A DNA stretch of 64,000 nt from Prevotella sp. (GCA_024697645.1 JAILFH010000037.1:7338-71337); one strand, 5' to 3'. Shown: positions 38,314 to 48,274, counted from the first letter of the stretch. The notes: generated from the sequence alone by a model not told the origin. Made by a program: numbers and translations.

Positions 38314-41300
38314 ATGAAAGCATCTTTACAAAACAAACCCAGTTGGTTTGTATGGGTTGCGGCATTTGTAATGTCCGCTTTGGTTCTACCTATACAAGCC
38401 CAAAATGTGACTATCAGTCCGAAAACGGGTAACCTCGTTGCTGCTGTGACAGAATCGCAGGAAACTGGTTTCGCGTCTGGTTATTCTTCTTTGTGGCGTC
38501 ATGAACAATTGGCGTTGACAATGGTAACTGCCGACAAGCCCGACCTAACAGAAAGTGGAGAAATAGCCGTACCTTCTGCCGACATCAGCACCTACAACGA
38601 CAATTTGATTCTTGTAGGCGGTATGGCTAGAAATATGTTCATCACTGTTACCCTTCCCAAAGGATATCGGTTCACAGGCTATAAACTCGTTCTCAGGGAC
38701 GACTTAAGAAGCAATCCCGATGTGACTGTGACTAAAAACAACACGGCTCACATGCTTGATGCTTCATCTGTTCTCCGATTCTATGAGACTGAAGCATGGG
38801 AAGAGGGTGTGAATATGGATCAGGGCGACCAAGTGCTTACTGATTACAATGCTGTGGCCACATCTGACACTGACGGTGACATCGCGATTGACGGAACAAC
38901 AGGAGAGACTTTCACCATTGAGCGCACAAGTCTGACGGAAGACGACATGAGCAACCAACTCTATTTCCGAATGACTCGTACAGCAGAATACTACGGTGTA
39001 ACTATCCAGTCATTCGAAATCTTCTTCACCGCAGAAGGAACCTTCACTGCCAATGTGCAGCCCACCTCTACAAACTCTACAGCAGTCAGCATGGTGAAGT
39101 CAGGATTCAATACCAGTAAGATTGATATTGGTGAACTTACTGCTCACACGAAAGATGGAGCAACATACTATAGTTTCGACTATGAGGAAGTAAAGGACCT
39201 CATAGCCTACAACTATCTCTATCAAGATGATGCTGTAGAGGATGGTGCACCTGCTGATGTAGCAACAACGAAGAACATCTACGAAATGCAGGTGAATGGC
39301 AACTATTATTATGGTTTGAAAAACGATACCTATTTCGTCGAGACTCCTGTTGAAATTACCAACTCGAGTAATAACGAGGTTCCCATCGGTTACCGCATCG
39401 TAGGCGCTTTCATCAATTATGCCTATGCTGACGGCACTACACCAGAAGAGTACACCATCAACGTCTATGACCGAACGGGCAAAACTGTCCAAAAGACAAT
39501 AACCGTGAATAGCAGTAATGCTTCTGGTAGTTACGATTTAGGACTAATGAACAACGATGCCGTTAAATTTGCCATCGATGGTGTCGACACTGGTGTCGCA
39601 TTGGTAACTATCGACCTGATGCTTCAGGCACTCGATCCCTACATTGACAAGATGGATATTGTGTGCAGTGATGGAAATGAATTGAGTCTTACAGAATCAT
39701 TTACTGCAGATGACTTCTCAGTGAGCGGTGGTGTATTTGAATTCTATGTACCTGAGAAGTATAAAGATGTTGACTTAACCTTCACCTTCTCAGATCTTTA
39801 TAGTAAGTACGGCGACGAGACATACTATGATGGAACTGGTCATGGTGCTGGCCGTTACAGTTATGTAACATCCGAATATTTCGTCCCTATCGATGGCGAT
39901 GGCGATAATGGGCTCTATGATAGTGCTTATAGTCCCGATGCCGACTATACAACGAAAGTCTACACTTCTGTTGCAGGTGACAAGGCATTTAAATTCAACA
40001 ATGCTGAAGACTTGAGCAATACGGGTAGCGGTACTGCAAGTGCACTGGAAGAATATCCATTCTCCGTTGCCACCTATACTGCTGCTGTTGCAGATGGCGG
40101 TACGGGCGGTAGTTTTGTAAAAGTCGTTCTGAATGCTTCTGGAAAAGATACCGACGAGATTAAGAGTTCAGGAACCTATTACGTGTTCACTGCCGATGAG
40201 ACCCGCTGGAACATTGCTCCGACAACTTCCTGGCAGCATCGTTACTACGCTTATTACACGATGGTTATCAACCTGAAGGCCAAGACCTTCGATCCTGTTC
40301 TAACATGGACGAAGATCTATGACAATACATTGTATAAGGACAATGGAACAGTAGCCACCAACAGCATGTGGGGTCTGACATTGGGAACAATCGATCATGA
40401 TACACAGGAATCCATGAAAGGTTACTTGATGACAGATGAAATCCAAACTGCCATTGCTGCTGAGATTGCTGACGAAAACATAGAAACACCCGATACTGCA
40501 ACTCAGATTCTTTACATTGATGCAAGCAACCTGTCTTCTGTTATCTCTACTTCAACAACTACGCTTGAGAACTTAAAAGATAGTCTTGCTACGAATGCCT
40601 TGTTCTATCTGCCCCAGAGCACGACATCAACACTCGACAACGTTGCTTATATGACTACGAGTGGAACATTCCGTGCAGGTAAGAATATTGTACTAACTGA
40701 CATGAATCCTTTCTATGCACTTTATGATATCCAAGTTGATGCAGCCAACTATGCATCCTACAAGCGCCAGATTACAAAGGATAGTTATGGTAAGGTTCAG
40801 AATGCATCGTTGATTATGCCGTTTATCGTTGCGGTTACCGACGGTACTCACACCAACATCGATGGTTCAACCTTCTCTTTGCACTATATGCAGGAATCGG
40901 CTGCACTGACTCAGATTGGTGGTACAACCTATGCTTACTTCCCCGAATTAGTCGATGTGACTACATCTACAGCCAACACTCCTTATCTCGTACAACTGAC
41001 GGAAAACAGTTCTGAAGATGGAATTTCATTTGTTGTAACGCAGAAAGGTACACTCATCAAGGCTACCACAACAATGGATGAAGCAGACTACACCTTCACT
41101 GGCGAGACCTCAACTGGAACTGCTACCATAGATGAAACTGAGGCTACATACACCTTCACGAGTAAGGGTACCTACGCTGGTGCACAGATTGCAAAGGAAG
41201 AGAATGTATTCTACTTCGCAAAGAACCAGTTCTACAATTCTGGAGACTTAGTCAGCAGTTACAGTTATGCTAACATTGCACCGTTCCGTGCTTACTTCAC

Positions 41301-41538
41301 TTCGGCATCGAGTAGCACCACTGCTAAACTCTCTGCCTTCGACATCATCTTTGGTGAAGGTCAGGGAGACGTGCCGACAGGCATTCAGGCCGTTGATGCA
41401 TCACAATTCATCGATGTAAACGCACCTGTCTATGATATGCAAGGCCGTATGGTTTCTCCCACTTATCGTGAGTTGGGTAGTAAAAATCTTCAAAAGGGCT
41501 TCTATGTAGTTAACGGAGTTAAATTCATTGTAAAGTAA
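38314..41538 (+). CDS. Module 3 large secreted protein with T9SS-type C-terminal domain, function unknown
   Basis: Signal peptide ..LPIQA/QNVTI; C-terminal ~250 aa nearly identical to module 1. Confidence 0.85.
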   Translation: MKASLQNKPSWFVWVAAFVMSALVLPIQAQNVTISPKTGNLVAAVTESQETGFASGYSSLWRHEQLALTMVTADKPDLTESGEIAVPSADISTYNDNLILVGGMARNMFITVTLPKGYRFTGYKLVLRDDLRSNPDVTVTKNNTAHMLDASSVLRFYETEAWEEGVNMDQGDQVLTDYNAVATSDTDGDIAIDGTTGETFTIERTSLTEDDMSNQLYFRMTRTAEYYGVTIQSFEIFFTAEGTFTANVQPTSTNSTAVSMVKSGFNTSKIDIGELTAHTKDGATYYSFDYEEVKDLIAYNYLYQDDAVEDGAPADVATTKNIYEMQVNGNYYYGLKNDTYFVETPVEITNSSNNEVPIGYRIVGAFINYAYADGTTPEEYTINVYDRTGKTVQKTITVNSSNASGSYDLGLMNNDAVKFAIDGVDTGVALVTIDLMLQALDPYIDKMDIVCSDGNELSLTESFTADDFSVSGGVFEFYVPEKYKDVDLTFTFSDLYSKYGDETYYDGTGHGAGRYSYVTSEYFVPIDGDGDNGLYDSAYSPDADYTTKVYTSVAGDKAFKFNNAEDLSNTGSGTASALEEYPFSVATYTAAVADGGTGGSFVKVVLNASGKDTDEIKSSGTYYVFTADETRWNIAPTTSWQHRYYAYYTMVINLKAKTFDPVLTWTKIYDNTLYKDNGTVATNSMWGLTLGTIDHDTQESMKGYLMTDEIQTAIAAEIADENIETPDTATQILYIDASNLSSVISTSTTTLENLKDSLATNALFYLPQSTTSTLDNVAYMTTSGTFRAGKNIVLTDMNPFYALYDIQVDAANYASYKRQITKDSYGKVQNASLIMPFIVAVTDGTHTNIDGSTFSLHYMQESAALTQIGGTTYAYFPELVDVTTSTANTPYLVQLTENSSEDGISFVVTQKGTLIKATTTMDEADYTFTGETSTGTATIDETEATYTFTSKGTYAGAQIAKEENVFYFAKNQFYNSGDLVSSYSYANIAPFRAYFTSASSSTTAKLSAFDIIFGEGQGDVPTGIQAVDASQFIDVNAPVYDMQGRMVSPTYRELGSKNLQKGFYVVNGVKFIVK

Positions 41539-41551
41539 GGAGGAAAACAAT

Positions 41552-41743
41552 ATGAAAAAAGTGTATATTAGCCCCGCTATTGAAATCGTCGCCACACAAC
41601 TGAATCAGCAAGTAATGCAAGACGGCCACAGTTTTGACTGGGCCGACGCCAAGGGTGATCCCATGGGCGGAGGCGGAGGTGGCGGCATGGTCATCACCAA
41701 CGGACAGATGGAAGGTTCAAGCCAAAACATCTGGGAAGATTAA
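41552..41743 (+). CDS. Module 3 Gly-rich peptide with MKKxYxxP leader (63 aa)
   Basis: GGAGG 8 nt upstream; one-codon insertion relative to copy 1. Confidence 0.8.
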   Translation: MKKVYISPAIEIVATQLNQQVMQDGHSFDWADAKGDPMGGGGGGGMVITNGQMEGSSQNIWED

Positions 41744-41766
41744 CAACTCCAAAACATTGAGTGTCT

Positions 41767-42048
41767 ATGCGCGACAAAGCTTTTCTCATCGTGTGCACAC
41801 TGTTGCTGATACTGCTGTTCTTCTATTCTTCATCGAATGACGACAGCATCACATCACCAGACATACCCAGTGCCAACAACACATCATGGTTCGACCGACT
41901 TCTCGGCAACGATGACGAGACCGCCGGCTTCGGGGATGCAGGAGGTGGTGGCGGAGGGTTTTTCTTCAGTTCTTTCTACGGAGGAGTGGAGTTTCGCTTC
42001 AAGGTGAAGGACTACCGTGCGTGGAACGACGACGATTTGTCGGAATAG
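41767..42048 (+). CDS. Module 3 single-TM Gly-rich microprotein (93 aa)
   Basis: 10 synonymous versus 2 replacement codon differences to copy 2 (hand count). Confidence 0.8.
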   Translation: MRDKAFLIVCTLLLILLFFYSSSNDDSITSPDIPSANNTSWFDRLLGNDDETAGFGDAGGGGGGFFFSSFYGGVEFRFKVKDYRAWNDDDLSE

Positions 42049-42065
42049 ACATACTATACAACTGC

Positions 42066-42105
42066 AAAGAGCGGCGACCCATTAGGTTCGCCGCTCTTTC
42101 TGTAT
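42066..42105 (+). terminator. Module 3 intrinsic terminator
   Basis: aaagagcggcgaccc-atta-ggttcgccgctcttt; two G-U pairs of copies 1/2 are Watson-Crick here. Confidence 0.8.
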
Positions 42106-42128
42106 TATCATCATCAAAAGAGTTCTCG

Positions 42129-43142
42129 CTATTTTCCTTCCGCTATTCGCTCAGCCTCCTTACGTGCAGGTTTGCCCGTTTCAGTCAGAGGTAAATGAAT
42201 AACCGAGATAAACTGTCGTGGCTGCTCATATTTAGGCAAAACTTGTTGGCAAATGGCACGCAGGGATTCGTCATTGGAACCTTCATAAAGCATCACCACC
42301 ACTTCACCAAATTTCTCATCTCTGCGTTTCGTAATTAGGAATGGTACTGAAATATGGTCAGCAAGTTTGCGTTCTACTTCCTCCGTCTGTATCTTCACTC
42401 CTCCAGTGCAAACAACATTGTCTCGACGCCCGAGAATGCGGAATTCCACAGAAGATGAACCCGAAGAATGAGTTTCCCTTATCTCTGCCAAATCATTTGT
42501 CACCAATCGCTCTGCACAAACAAGTGGAGCCTCTATCATAAGGCAACCTTCCTCACCAAGAGAAACGTTAACACCTGGCAATGGTGTATACCATTCAGAA
42601 CTTTCCGGTCCATTGAGTCTTCTCAAAGCAATATGGGAAAGCGTTTCGGTCATACCATAACTACTCCAAACTGCATACGGGAAATCATGCAAGGCCTCTG
42701 CCATACGTTTATCAATTGCTCCACCACCAATGAGAAGATGTCGCACCTGCCGCAATTCTTCTCGCTCTGCTGCCACCTGTAGTGAATTCCAAACCTGTAA
42801 AGGGACCATAGCGGCGAAGTCAATAATCTTCCCTTCCCCATTGGAACAGAATGGAATAGCCTTCAAAGGATGACCACTTGGTTCCACGTTGATTAACTTG
42901 AGTCCACGATCCAAAGAACGCACGACCATCATCTTACCTGCTATATAGTCAAGAGGCATGCAAAGCAATGCTGTATCACCATTTTTCAACCCAAGAAAAT
43001 CGCATGTCATACGAGCCGATGCTAACATACGCACCTTCTCCACCCACAATGGTTTAGGTTGTCCCGTTGAACCACTGGTATGAACAAGCAAACGCTCATT
43101 GCCGTCGTTCCATTCTGTTAGAAATTCTTCAAGTGTCATCAT
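42129..43142 (-). CDS. menE: O-succinylbenzoate-CoA ligase (short Bacteroidetes form)
   Basis: HTSGSTGQPK, LLIGGG, YGMTET.SH, TNDL, LGRRDNVVCTGGVK; start moved to ATG 43142. Confidence 0.88.
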   Translation of the reverse strand: MMTLEEFLTEWNDGNERLLVHTSGSTGQPKPLWVEKVRMLASARMTCDFLGLKNGDTALLCMPLDYIAGKMMVVRSLDRGLKLINVEPSGHPLKAIPFCSNGEGKIIDFAAMVPLQVWNSLQVAAEREELRQVRHLLIGGGAIDKRMAEALHDFPYAVWSSYGMTETLSHIALRRLNGPESSEWYTPLPGVNVSLGEEGCLMIEAPLVCAERLVTNDLAEIRETHSSGSSSVEFRILGRRDNVVCTGGVKIQTEEVERKLADHISVPFLITKRRDEKFGEVVVMLYEGSNDESLRAICQQVLPKYEQPRQFISVIHLPLTETGKPARKEAERIAEGK

Positions 43143-43150
43143 TCCATCTG

Positions 43151-43198
43151 CAAAAGTACAAAAAAACTTTGAACCTTGAACATTTTTTTGTACCTTTG
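43151..43198. promoter_or_regulatory. Back-to-back -7 boxes (menE / GH2) forming an 18-bp inverted repeat around heptamers
   Basis: TACTTTTG on minus at 43151-58, TACCTTTG on plus at 43191-98; actttga accttga between them. Confidence 0.7.
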
Positions 43199-43222
43199 CA
43201 CCAATAACCATTCAACAACAAC

Positions 43223-45022
43223 ATGAAAAAACTACTGACCATCCTTGTGCTCTTCGTAGCACCTTTCGTTTCAGTACAGGCTCAGCAAGTGCCACAACTG
43301 GGAAATGTACTGAATCGAAACATCACTTCTCTCAATGGCGACTGGCACTACATTATCGACGTGCAGGAAGAGGGCTATTACGATTATCGAATGAAACCCA
43401 TGAGTTGGGGATTTTTCCGCAATGCAAAGCCTCAGCGTCCTGAGGATCTCATTGAATACGACTTCGATAAGGCAGAGACAATGCCTATCCCCTCAGACTG
43501 GAACACACGTGACGAGCGCCTGTTCTTCTATGAGGGAACAGTGTGGTTCATGCGTAGATTCCAAGTCGACAATGCAAAGAAAAAAGCCGACGGACGTCGC
43601 ACATTGCTCTATTTCGGAGCAGTCAACTACGATGCTCAAGTCTATGTGAACGGACGTCATGCAGGACATCATATCGGTGGGTTCACACCCTTCAACTTCG
43701 ACGTGACCGATCTATTGCAGGACGGTGAGAATGTCGTCATCTTAAAAGTCGACAACAAACGCCATGCTGATGATGTTCCCACACAGATTTTCGACTGGTG
43801 GAACTATGGAGGTATCACTCGCGACGTTCTCCTCGTAGAAGTATCACCAACCTATATCGAGAACTATTCGCTCCAGTTGCTCAGTCTTGAAGGTCGCCGA
43901 GTCGGTTTCTCCGTGAAACTCAATAAGGCAGAAGCAGGGCACAAGATTGCATTGCGAATTCCTGAACTGAAAGTGAAGAAAGAACTCACTACACTCACTG
44001 ATGGAACAGCCTCTATCTATATGAAGGCAAAGCCCAAATTGTGGAGTCCCGACAACCCTAAATTATATAAGGTGGAAATAGAAATGGACGGGGAAACCCT
44101 TACCGACGAAATTGGTTTCCGCACCATTGAGACACGCGGCAAGCAAATCCTACTCAATGGCGAGCCTATCTTCCTGAAAGGTATCAGTATTCACGAGGAA
44201 AAACCTTATGGAGGCGGTCGTGCCAATTGTACGGAAGACGCTCATACCTTGCTTTCTTGGGCAAAGGAGCTGGGATGTAACTTCGTTCGTTTAGCCCACT
44301 ATCCACACAATGAGTACGCAGTACGTGAGGCAGAGCGCATGGGAATACTGGTTTGGTCGGAAATTCCTGTATACTGGACAATTTCATGGTCGAATCCCGA
44401 CACCTACAAGAACGCCGAAGCACAGTTGCACGACATGATTGCCCGCGACCACAACCGCGCTAATGTCATCATCTGGTCGATTGCCAACGAGACTCCTCAT
44501 TCGCCTGAGCGCGACGATTTCCTTGGCAAACTCGCAACCTATGCCCGTTCGCAGGATTCCACTCGTCTCATCTCGATGGCAATGGAAGTGACTGGTGCTG
44601 CCAACTATCACAACAAGTTGCAGGACAACATGAACAAATATGTCGATGTGGTATCCTTCAATCAGTACATCGGCTGGTATCGCGACGTGAATGATGCACC
44701 CAAGATGACGTGGGAGATCCCTTACGACAAACCCGTTATCATCAGCGAATTTGGCGGTGGAGCCAAGGCCGGATTGCATGGTGAGAAGAATCAGCGATGG
44801 ACGGAGGAATTCCAGGAGAATCTCTATATCCAGAACACTGCAATGCTCGATAAGATTGAAGGACTTGCTGGCACTACGCCTTGGATTCTAAAGGACTTCC
44901 GCTCACCACGACGAGTTCTCACCGACATTCAGAACTACTACAACCGTAAAGGTCTTTTCAGCGATGAAGGTCAGAAGAAGAAAGCCTTCTACGTGCTGAA
45001 GAAGTGGTACGAGGGTAAGTAG
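43223..45022 (+). CDS. GH2 beta-glucuronidase-like hydrolase
   Basis: Signal peptide, WWNYGGI.RDV, RLAHYPH, WSIANE, ISEFGG, NRKG (NxKG) motif. Confidence 0.88.
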   Translation: MKKLLTILVLFVAPFVSVQAQQVPQLGNVLNRNITSLNGDWHYIIDVQEEGYYDYRMKPMSWGFFRNAKPQRPEDLIEYDFDKAETMPIPSDWNTRDERLFFYEGTVWFMRRFQVDNAKKKADGRRTLLYFGAVNYDAQVYVNGRHAGHHIGGFTPFNFDVTDLLQDGENVVILKVDNKRHADDVPTQIFDWWNYGGITRDVLLVEVSPTYIENYSLQLLSLEGRRVGFSVKLNKAEAGHKIALRIPELKVKKELTTLTDGTASIYMKAKPKLWSPDNPKLYKVEIEMDGETLTDEIGFRTIETRGKQILLNGEPIFLKGISIHEEKPYGGGRANCTEDAHTLLSWAKELGCNFVRLAHYPHNEYAVREAERMGILVWSEIPVYWTISWSNPDTYKNAEAQLHDMIARDHNRANVIIWSIANETPHSPERDDFLGKLATYARSQDSTRLISMAMEVTGAANYHNKLQDNMNKYVDVVSFNQYIGWYRDVNDAPKMTWEIPYDKPVIISEFGGGAKAGLHGEKNQRWTEEFQENLYIQNTAMLDKIEGLAGTTPWILKDFRSPRRVLTDIQNYYNRKGLFSDEGQKKKAFYVLKKWYEGK

Positions 45023-45075
45023 ATGATAATGAGTAATGAGAAATTAGTAATGAATAACTAATAAGGTAATGTGAG

Positions 45076-46446
45076 ATGAGGAAGGGATCTATTCTTCTGA
45101 TAGGACTTTTGTCAATGTCGGTTTCGACGACATGGGCGCAAAGCAGTGAGTTCGAAACGGCCAAGGAGGCTGTGGCAAATATGGCTGTTGGCTGGAATCT
45201 CGGCAATACTCTGGATAGCAATTCTGGCGACACGTTGAATATGTGGATTGAACATTGGACGAGTCGCACACCTTCAGACTACGAAAAGGCTTGGGGACAA
45301 CCTGTCACAAAAGCATCGTTGATGAAGATGTTCAAGGATGCAGGATTCAATGCCATTCGCGTTCCAGTAACTTGGTATCCTCACATGGAGGCAAAATTTT
45401 CCTTCACATCCAGTAGCAACAGTATTTGGTACGCCTCGAAGGACGACCTTGGTACTGAAATCAAGACTGCTTGGATGAACCGAGTGAAGCAGATTGTTGA
45501 CTACGTAATTGATGCCGGCATGTATTGCATTCTGAATGTTCATCACGACACAGGTGCTTCCAATACAGCCTGGCTCGTAGCCGACGAGGACATTTATTCT
45601 CAGCAACGCGAACGCTTCGAGGCTATCTGGACACAGATTGCCGAAGAGTTCAGAGACTACGACGAACATCTTCTCTTCGAAGGATACAACGAGATGCTCG
45701 ACGTGAAAGACTCATGGTGCTTTGCTTCGTTTGCTGCTTCTGGTGGCTATGATGCCTCGATAGCGACATCGGCCTATAATGCCATTAATAGTTATGCGCA
45801 GAGTTTCGTCAATGCCGTGCGTGCAACTGGGGGTAACAATGCACAACGCAACCTCATCGTCAACACCTATGGGGCCTGCGATGGTAGTGGAAACTGGAAC
45901 TCACATCTGCAAGACCCTCTGAAACAAATGAAGTTGCCCAATGACGAAGTGGCAAACCACATTATCTTTGAGGTACATAGTTATCCTGACATCCAGAATC
46001 TCTCGTCTGCCAAAAGTCAACTCACGACAACAATCAACAATCTGAAGACACATCTCGTAAGCAAAGGTGCACCCGTAATTTTCGGTGAATGGGGAACAAG
46101 CACCGACAATGCTTATGACAACTATCGCTCAAATATGGTCAATTTCTATCGCTACTTCGTAGAACAGACAAAGAAGAACGATATGGGAACTTTCCACTGG
46201 ATGGGACTTTCAGATGGAGATAATCGCAGTGTGCCTAAGTTCAATCAGCAAGACCTCGTTGATGCAATCATCAAGGGATATTATGGAGATGGCGGTTACA
46301 TCAGCGGCATTGAGCAAGTAGAGAGTGAAAATGAAATGCCCGCTGATAATGAGAAAGTCATCTACTATCTTAGCGGACGTCGCGTCAACCATGAACTGGC
46401 AAAGGGCATTTACATCATTAATGGTAAGAAAGTCGTCATCAAATAA
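45076..46446 (+). CDS. GH5 endoglucanase/xyloglucanase family with T9SS-type CTD
   Basis: GWNLGNTLD, IRVPVTW, ILNVHHD, FEGYNE, FGEWG; C-terminal KGIYIINGKKVVIK. Confidence 0.9.
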   Translation: MRKGSILLIGLLSMSVSTTWAQSSEFETAKEAVANMAVGWNLGNTLDSNSGDTLNMWIEHWTSRTPSDYEKAWGQPVTKASLMKMFKDAGFNAIRVPVTWYPHMEAKFSFTSSSNSIWYASKDDLGTEIKTAWMNRVKQIVDYVIDAGMYCILNVHHDTGASNTAWLVADEDIYSQQRERFEAIWTQIAEEFRDYDEHLLFEGYNEMLDVKDSWCFASFAASGGYDASIATSAYNAINSYAQSFVNAVRATGGNNAQRNLIVNTYGACDGSGNWNSHLQDPLKQMKLPNDEVANHIIFEVHSYPDIQNLSSAKSQLTTTINNLKTHLVSKGAPVIFGEWGTSTDNAYDNYRSNMVNFYRYFVEQTKKNDMGTFHWMGLSDGDNRSVPKFNQQDLVDAIIKGYYGDGGYISGIEQVESENEMPADNEKVIYYLSGRRVNHELAKGIYIINGKKVVIK

Positions 46447-46513
46447 AGATTCCTCTTTCCCGTAAGAACTCCTATCTAATTCAAAATATTCAATAACAAA
46501 CAATAAAAGAACA

Positions 46514-46975
46514 ATGGAAACAACATTAGTATTACTAAAACCCAGTTGCGTACAGCGTCAACTGATCGGTGAAATTGTGACTCGTTTCGAACGTCGAGGC
46601 CTTCGTATCTCTGGCATGAAGATGATGCAACTCGATGAACCTATCCTTCGCGAACACTATGCCCATCTGGCCGATCGTCCTTTCTTCCCCACCCTCGCTG
46701 CCTCGATGATGGCATCGCCCGTTGTGGCTTTGGCAATCACGGGCAAAGATGCAGTTCAGGTGGTACGCGCAATGACAGGAAGCACCAATGGTCGCGAGGC
46801 TGCTCCAGGAACCATTCGTGGCGACTATTCGATGAGTAATCAGCAGAACATCGTTCATGCAAGTGACTCCACATCGAATGCTGCCATCGAACTCAAGCGA
46901 TTCTTCAAAGAAGGTGAAATCTTCGACTACGAAGCCGCTATGCGTCCCTACGTCTATGGCGCTGACGAGATTTAA
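46514..46975 (+). CDS. ndk: Nucleoside diphosphate kinase
   Basis: TLVLLKP, PGTIRGDY, NIVHASDS. Confidence 0.96.
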   Translation: METTLVLLKPSCVQRQLIGEIVTRFERRGLRISGMKMMQLDEPILREHYAHLADRPFFPTLAASMMASPVVALAITGKDAVQVVRAMTGSTNGREAAPGTIRGDYSMSNQQNIVHASDSTSNAAIELKRFFKEGEIFDYEAAMRPYVYGADEI

Positions 46976-46998
46976 GTATTTTTAAAAACTAACAAACT

Positions 46999-47040
46999 AA
47001 TGCTGTTGCCACTCGGTATAGGAGGGCAACAGCATTTTTG
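46999..47040 (+). terminator. Intrinsic terminator after ndk
   Basis: aatgctgttgcc / ggcaacagcatt stem followed by T-run. Confidence 0.8.
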
Positions 47041-47167
47041 TTTGGCTGAACATCGCTGAAAAATTATCAGAAGAATCTACTCAAACGAAAGACAGAAACA
47101 ATTTTGCAGGAATATTTCTCAATTTGGACACAAAACTGAAGAAAACTGCAAATTGGACCCTTTCCCT

Positions 47168-48181
47168 CTACTTGCTCACCCACAATTTTTCTCCCCGAAC
47201 TTCCAGAGGCATTGGAATATTGTCGGTGAATAATTGACCAGTGCCTAAACCTTGTGGCATCTTGATATCTGGACCATAGAGTTCTTCTGCAAGTAGGGCT
47301 ATAGTATAAAGTCCGACATTGCTTTCCAAAGCCGAAGTAATCCACGAGCCGATTTCCCGTTCGCGAGCCAATCTAACCCATTCTCTCGTTCCATTCATGC
47401 CACCATGAAGCGAAGGTTTCAATATAATATAACGTGGATGAATCGTGTCGAGCAACGACTTCTTCTCTTCAAGTGAATTCACGCCTATCAGTTCTTCATC
47501 CAATGCTATTGGCAACGATGAATCCTTGCAAAGCAGAGCCATATCTGCCCACCTACGATTCTCACCCTGAGGCGAGGCTTTAATAGGTTGTTCGATGGAA
47601 TGAATATCATATCGGGCCAGTTCCTCCAACCGATTCATCGCATTTTCCATCGAGAATCCACCATTCGCATCCACACGCAATTCAATTTGCTCACGTGTAA
47701 AATGCTGACGGATGAAGCGAATGAGCGCAATCTCACGTTCCCAATCAATGGCTCCAATTTTCAATTTCACGCAATGGAACCCTGTAGCCAGTTTCTCCTC
47801 TATCCGCTGATACATTTCCTCGAAGGTCCCCATCCAAATCAATCCGTTGATGGGAATCAATAAGTCTTTCTGCGGTTTGGGACAAGGCGTAAGGCATTGC
47901 TCCAAACCGAATAGCATCGACGGATAAGGGCGAAGCGCCTCATAGGGAATCTCGCCTGTGCGTTCCACGTCATCACAGTACCCTCGAAGCACCTGAGCAT
48001 AGTCTGGAATATCATCACAAGAGAGTTGTGGCAACGGCGCACACTCACCTATCGCTTCTCCTCCTTCACTATCATGCATAGTCAAGAACCACGAGCGGCG
48101 AGTTAGATAAACGCCTCGCGAAGTGCCTGCAGGCTGCTTGAAGTGGAATAGTCGTTCCTCTATATTGATTTTCTTCGACAT
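47168..48181 (-). CDS. menC: o-succinylbenzoate synthase (enolase superfamily)
   Basis: GECAPLP.LS, KLKIG, LRVDANG, IEQP, IALDEEL, LKPSLHGG; start moved to ATG 48181. Confidence 0.92.
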   Translation of the reverse strand: MSKKINIEERLFHFKQPAGTSRGVYLTRRSWFLTMHDSEGGEAIGECAPLPQLSCDDIPDYAQVLRGYCDDVERTGEIPYEALRPYPSMLFGLEQCLTPCPKPQKDLLIPINGLIWMGTFEEMYQRIEEKLATGFHCVKLKIGAIDWEREIALIRFIRQHFTREQIELRVDANGGFSMENAMNRLEELARYDIHSIEQPIKASPQGENRRWADMALLCKDSSLPIALDEELIGVNSLEEKKSLLDTIHPRYIILKPSLHGGMNGTREWVRLAREREIGSWITSALESNVGLYTIALLAEELYGPDIKMPQGLGTGQLFTDNIPMPLEVRGEKLWVSK

Positions 48182-48274
48182 CTTATTGCAAAAAAAGAAA
48201 TAATCCTCTCTTTTTTTCATCCGCATCATAGGGCAAAGTTACCCCTTTACTTTTATATCTTTTTACCGTAAATC

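Noticed and set aside
32847-41743. Complete lasso-peptide or other RiPP gene cluster
   Set aside because: No cyclase, peptidase, RRE, YcaO, radical SAM enzyme or transporter nearby; only the leader resemblance is kept as a finding
32081-42100. Diversity-generating retroelement (template/variable repeat pair)
   Set aside because: No reverse transcriptase in the window, and differences between copies are mostly synonymous C/T changes rather than adenine-specific
43223-46446. Polysaccharide utilisation locus
   Set aside because: No SusC/SusD pair or sensor-regulator beside any of the glycoside hydrolases
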